A DNA stretch of 64,000 nucleotides from Bugula neritina (Eukaryota; Animalia; Bryozoa). Positions 62,858 to 64,000 of the stretch are shown here, in pieces. How positions within the stretch are numbered: the stretch's first letter is position 1; the number at the start of each line of letters is the position of its first letter. The notes beneath the pieces are model-generated. The model was not told the DNA's origin and ran no database searches. It saw only the letters and a list, made by a program, of their open reading frames with translations. The stretch lies in the NCBI GenBank assembly GCA_964035545.1, contig OZ037766.1:24978126-25042125 (forward strand), read 5' to 3'. Both the position numbers and the translations under genes were made by a program.

Positions 62858-64000
62858 ACGTTGTATGATTTGCTATAGAATATAAAGATGAAGAGGCAGA
62901 GATAGAAAGCGGTAGACCCTAAGCAGATGTCTAAGTTGGCAAAAGAGTATTGTTACTAGACTCTGTGGTAATGTTTTAGCCTAACGGCAGCAATTTATTT
63001 CTACGGAAGATACAGTTCATATATTTTTAGTATGCATAGTGAACACAAGTATACCAGCATATGTGGTGCTACTACTATAGTCACTAGTTTCTATTATCAG
63101 TGGTTGTGAAGTACTAAATACATTCTACGTTCTGCACTCACAGTTTTGCTTATTTAGCTGCATAGCTATGTGAGATTTTATATGGTCTTATAAAAGTATT
63201 TGTAATATTTTATAATTTGTTTTTTTTATATTCAGGTTTTCAGTTCAGAGTTGTGATTTTATTCTGGTTTGTATAAAAGTTTATAGTTTTTCTTCTCAGG
63301 CCCTTAGCCTGATGAAAAGTTGTAATCTCTGATGGTATAATATTAATTTTGTATTCCATCATAATTATATTTCACAATTCCTTGAAATGGTTTTTGTTTC
63401 TTAAATACTTATTAATTAAGTTGTTATTTCTATGGGAAGTTACCTAATCTAAAACTATTTTATATCAATAAGACAATAAAGTGCTTTTTACATATCATTT
63501 TTTAGCAGCCATTGCAAGGTTTTTTTTTCAAAATTGAAAATTGACAAATACTAAATCTGAGTGCATTACTGAGAATATTTTATCAGACAATCTGCTACTA
63601 CATAGAGTATATTATTTATTGTTGGGCCATGATTTATGATTAATTAAAAGACATATCAAGCTCTCAATAGTCACATTTACAGTTGAGTTCTTAACTCATA
63701 CTTTCACTAGAGGCAAAATAATAGTTTTGAAAAATATATAATTTTTAGTTCAGTTGAAAATTATAATCATCAGGGCAAGTTTTTGGTTTGACTTCAATCA
63801 ATGCAAAATTGGTTTAGCCGAAATCCATCATAATTAAGCATTAGTAAAATATTTTAGTGTAAACTGTAAGATAAAAATATTAAATTAAATTTCATCATAA
63901 GTTTATATCTTAGGCATTTTTTAGCATAATATAATTATATATAATATGCACAGCTTAAATTTTGCAATGGAATTTTAAAAATTCTTTTTATAAGAATTTA

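Overview
AT-rich, intron-rich eukaryotic DNA, most likely from an invertebrate animal. Three host genes lie on the + strand: the 3' five exons of a galactose-3-O-sulfotransferase-like gene (1086-4955), a 10-exon betaine/homocysteine S-methyltransferase-family gene (6363-16307) and a ~23-exon inverted formin-2-like gene (39780-62857, with candidate alternative first exons at 32423 and 33897). The main finding lies between them: an apparently complete ~11 kb DNA transposon (18105-29063). It is bounded by 23-bp terminal inverted repeats that start CACAG, and it carries a - strand gene that I could splice by hand (16 exons, all GT-AG) into an uninterrupted 1181-aa ORF. This protein has a RAG1/Transib/CMC-type D-D-E triad, Cys/His zinc ligands at near-RAG1 spacing, and an extra SAP-like module inside the insertion domain. 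Introns and intergenic DNA contain MITEs of several superfamilies and several tandem repeats. All gene models are manual reconstructions with no transcript support.
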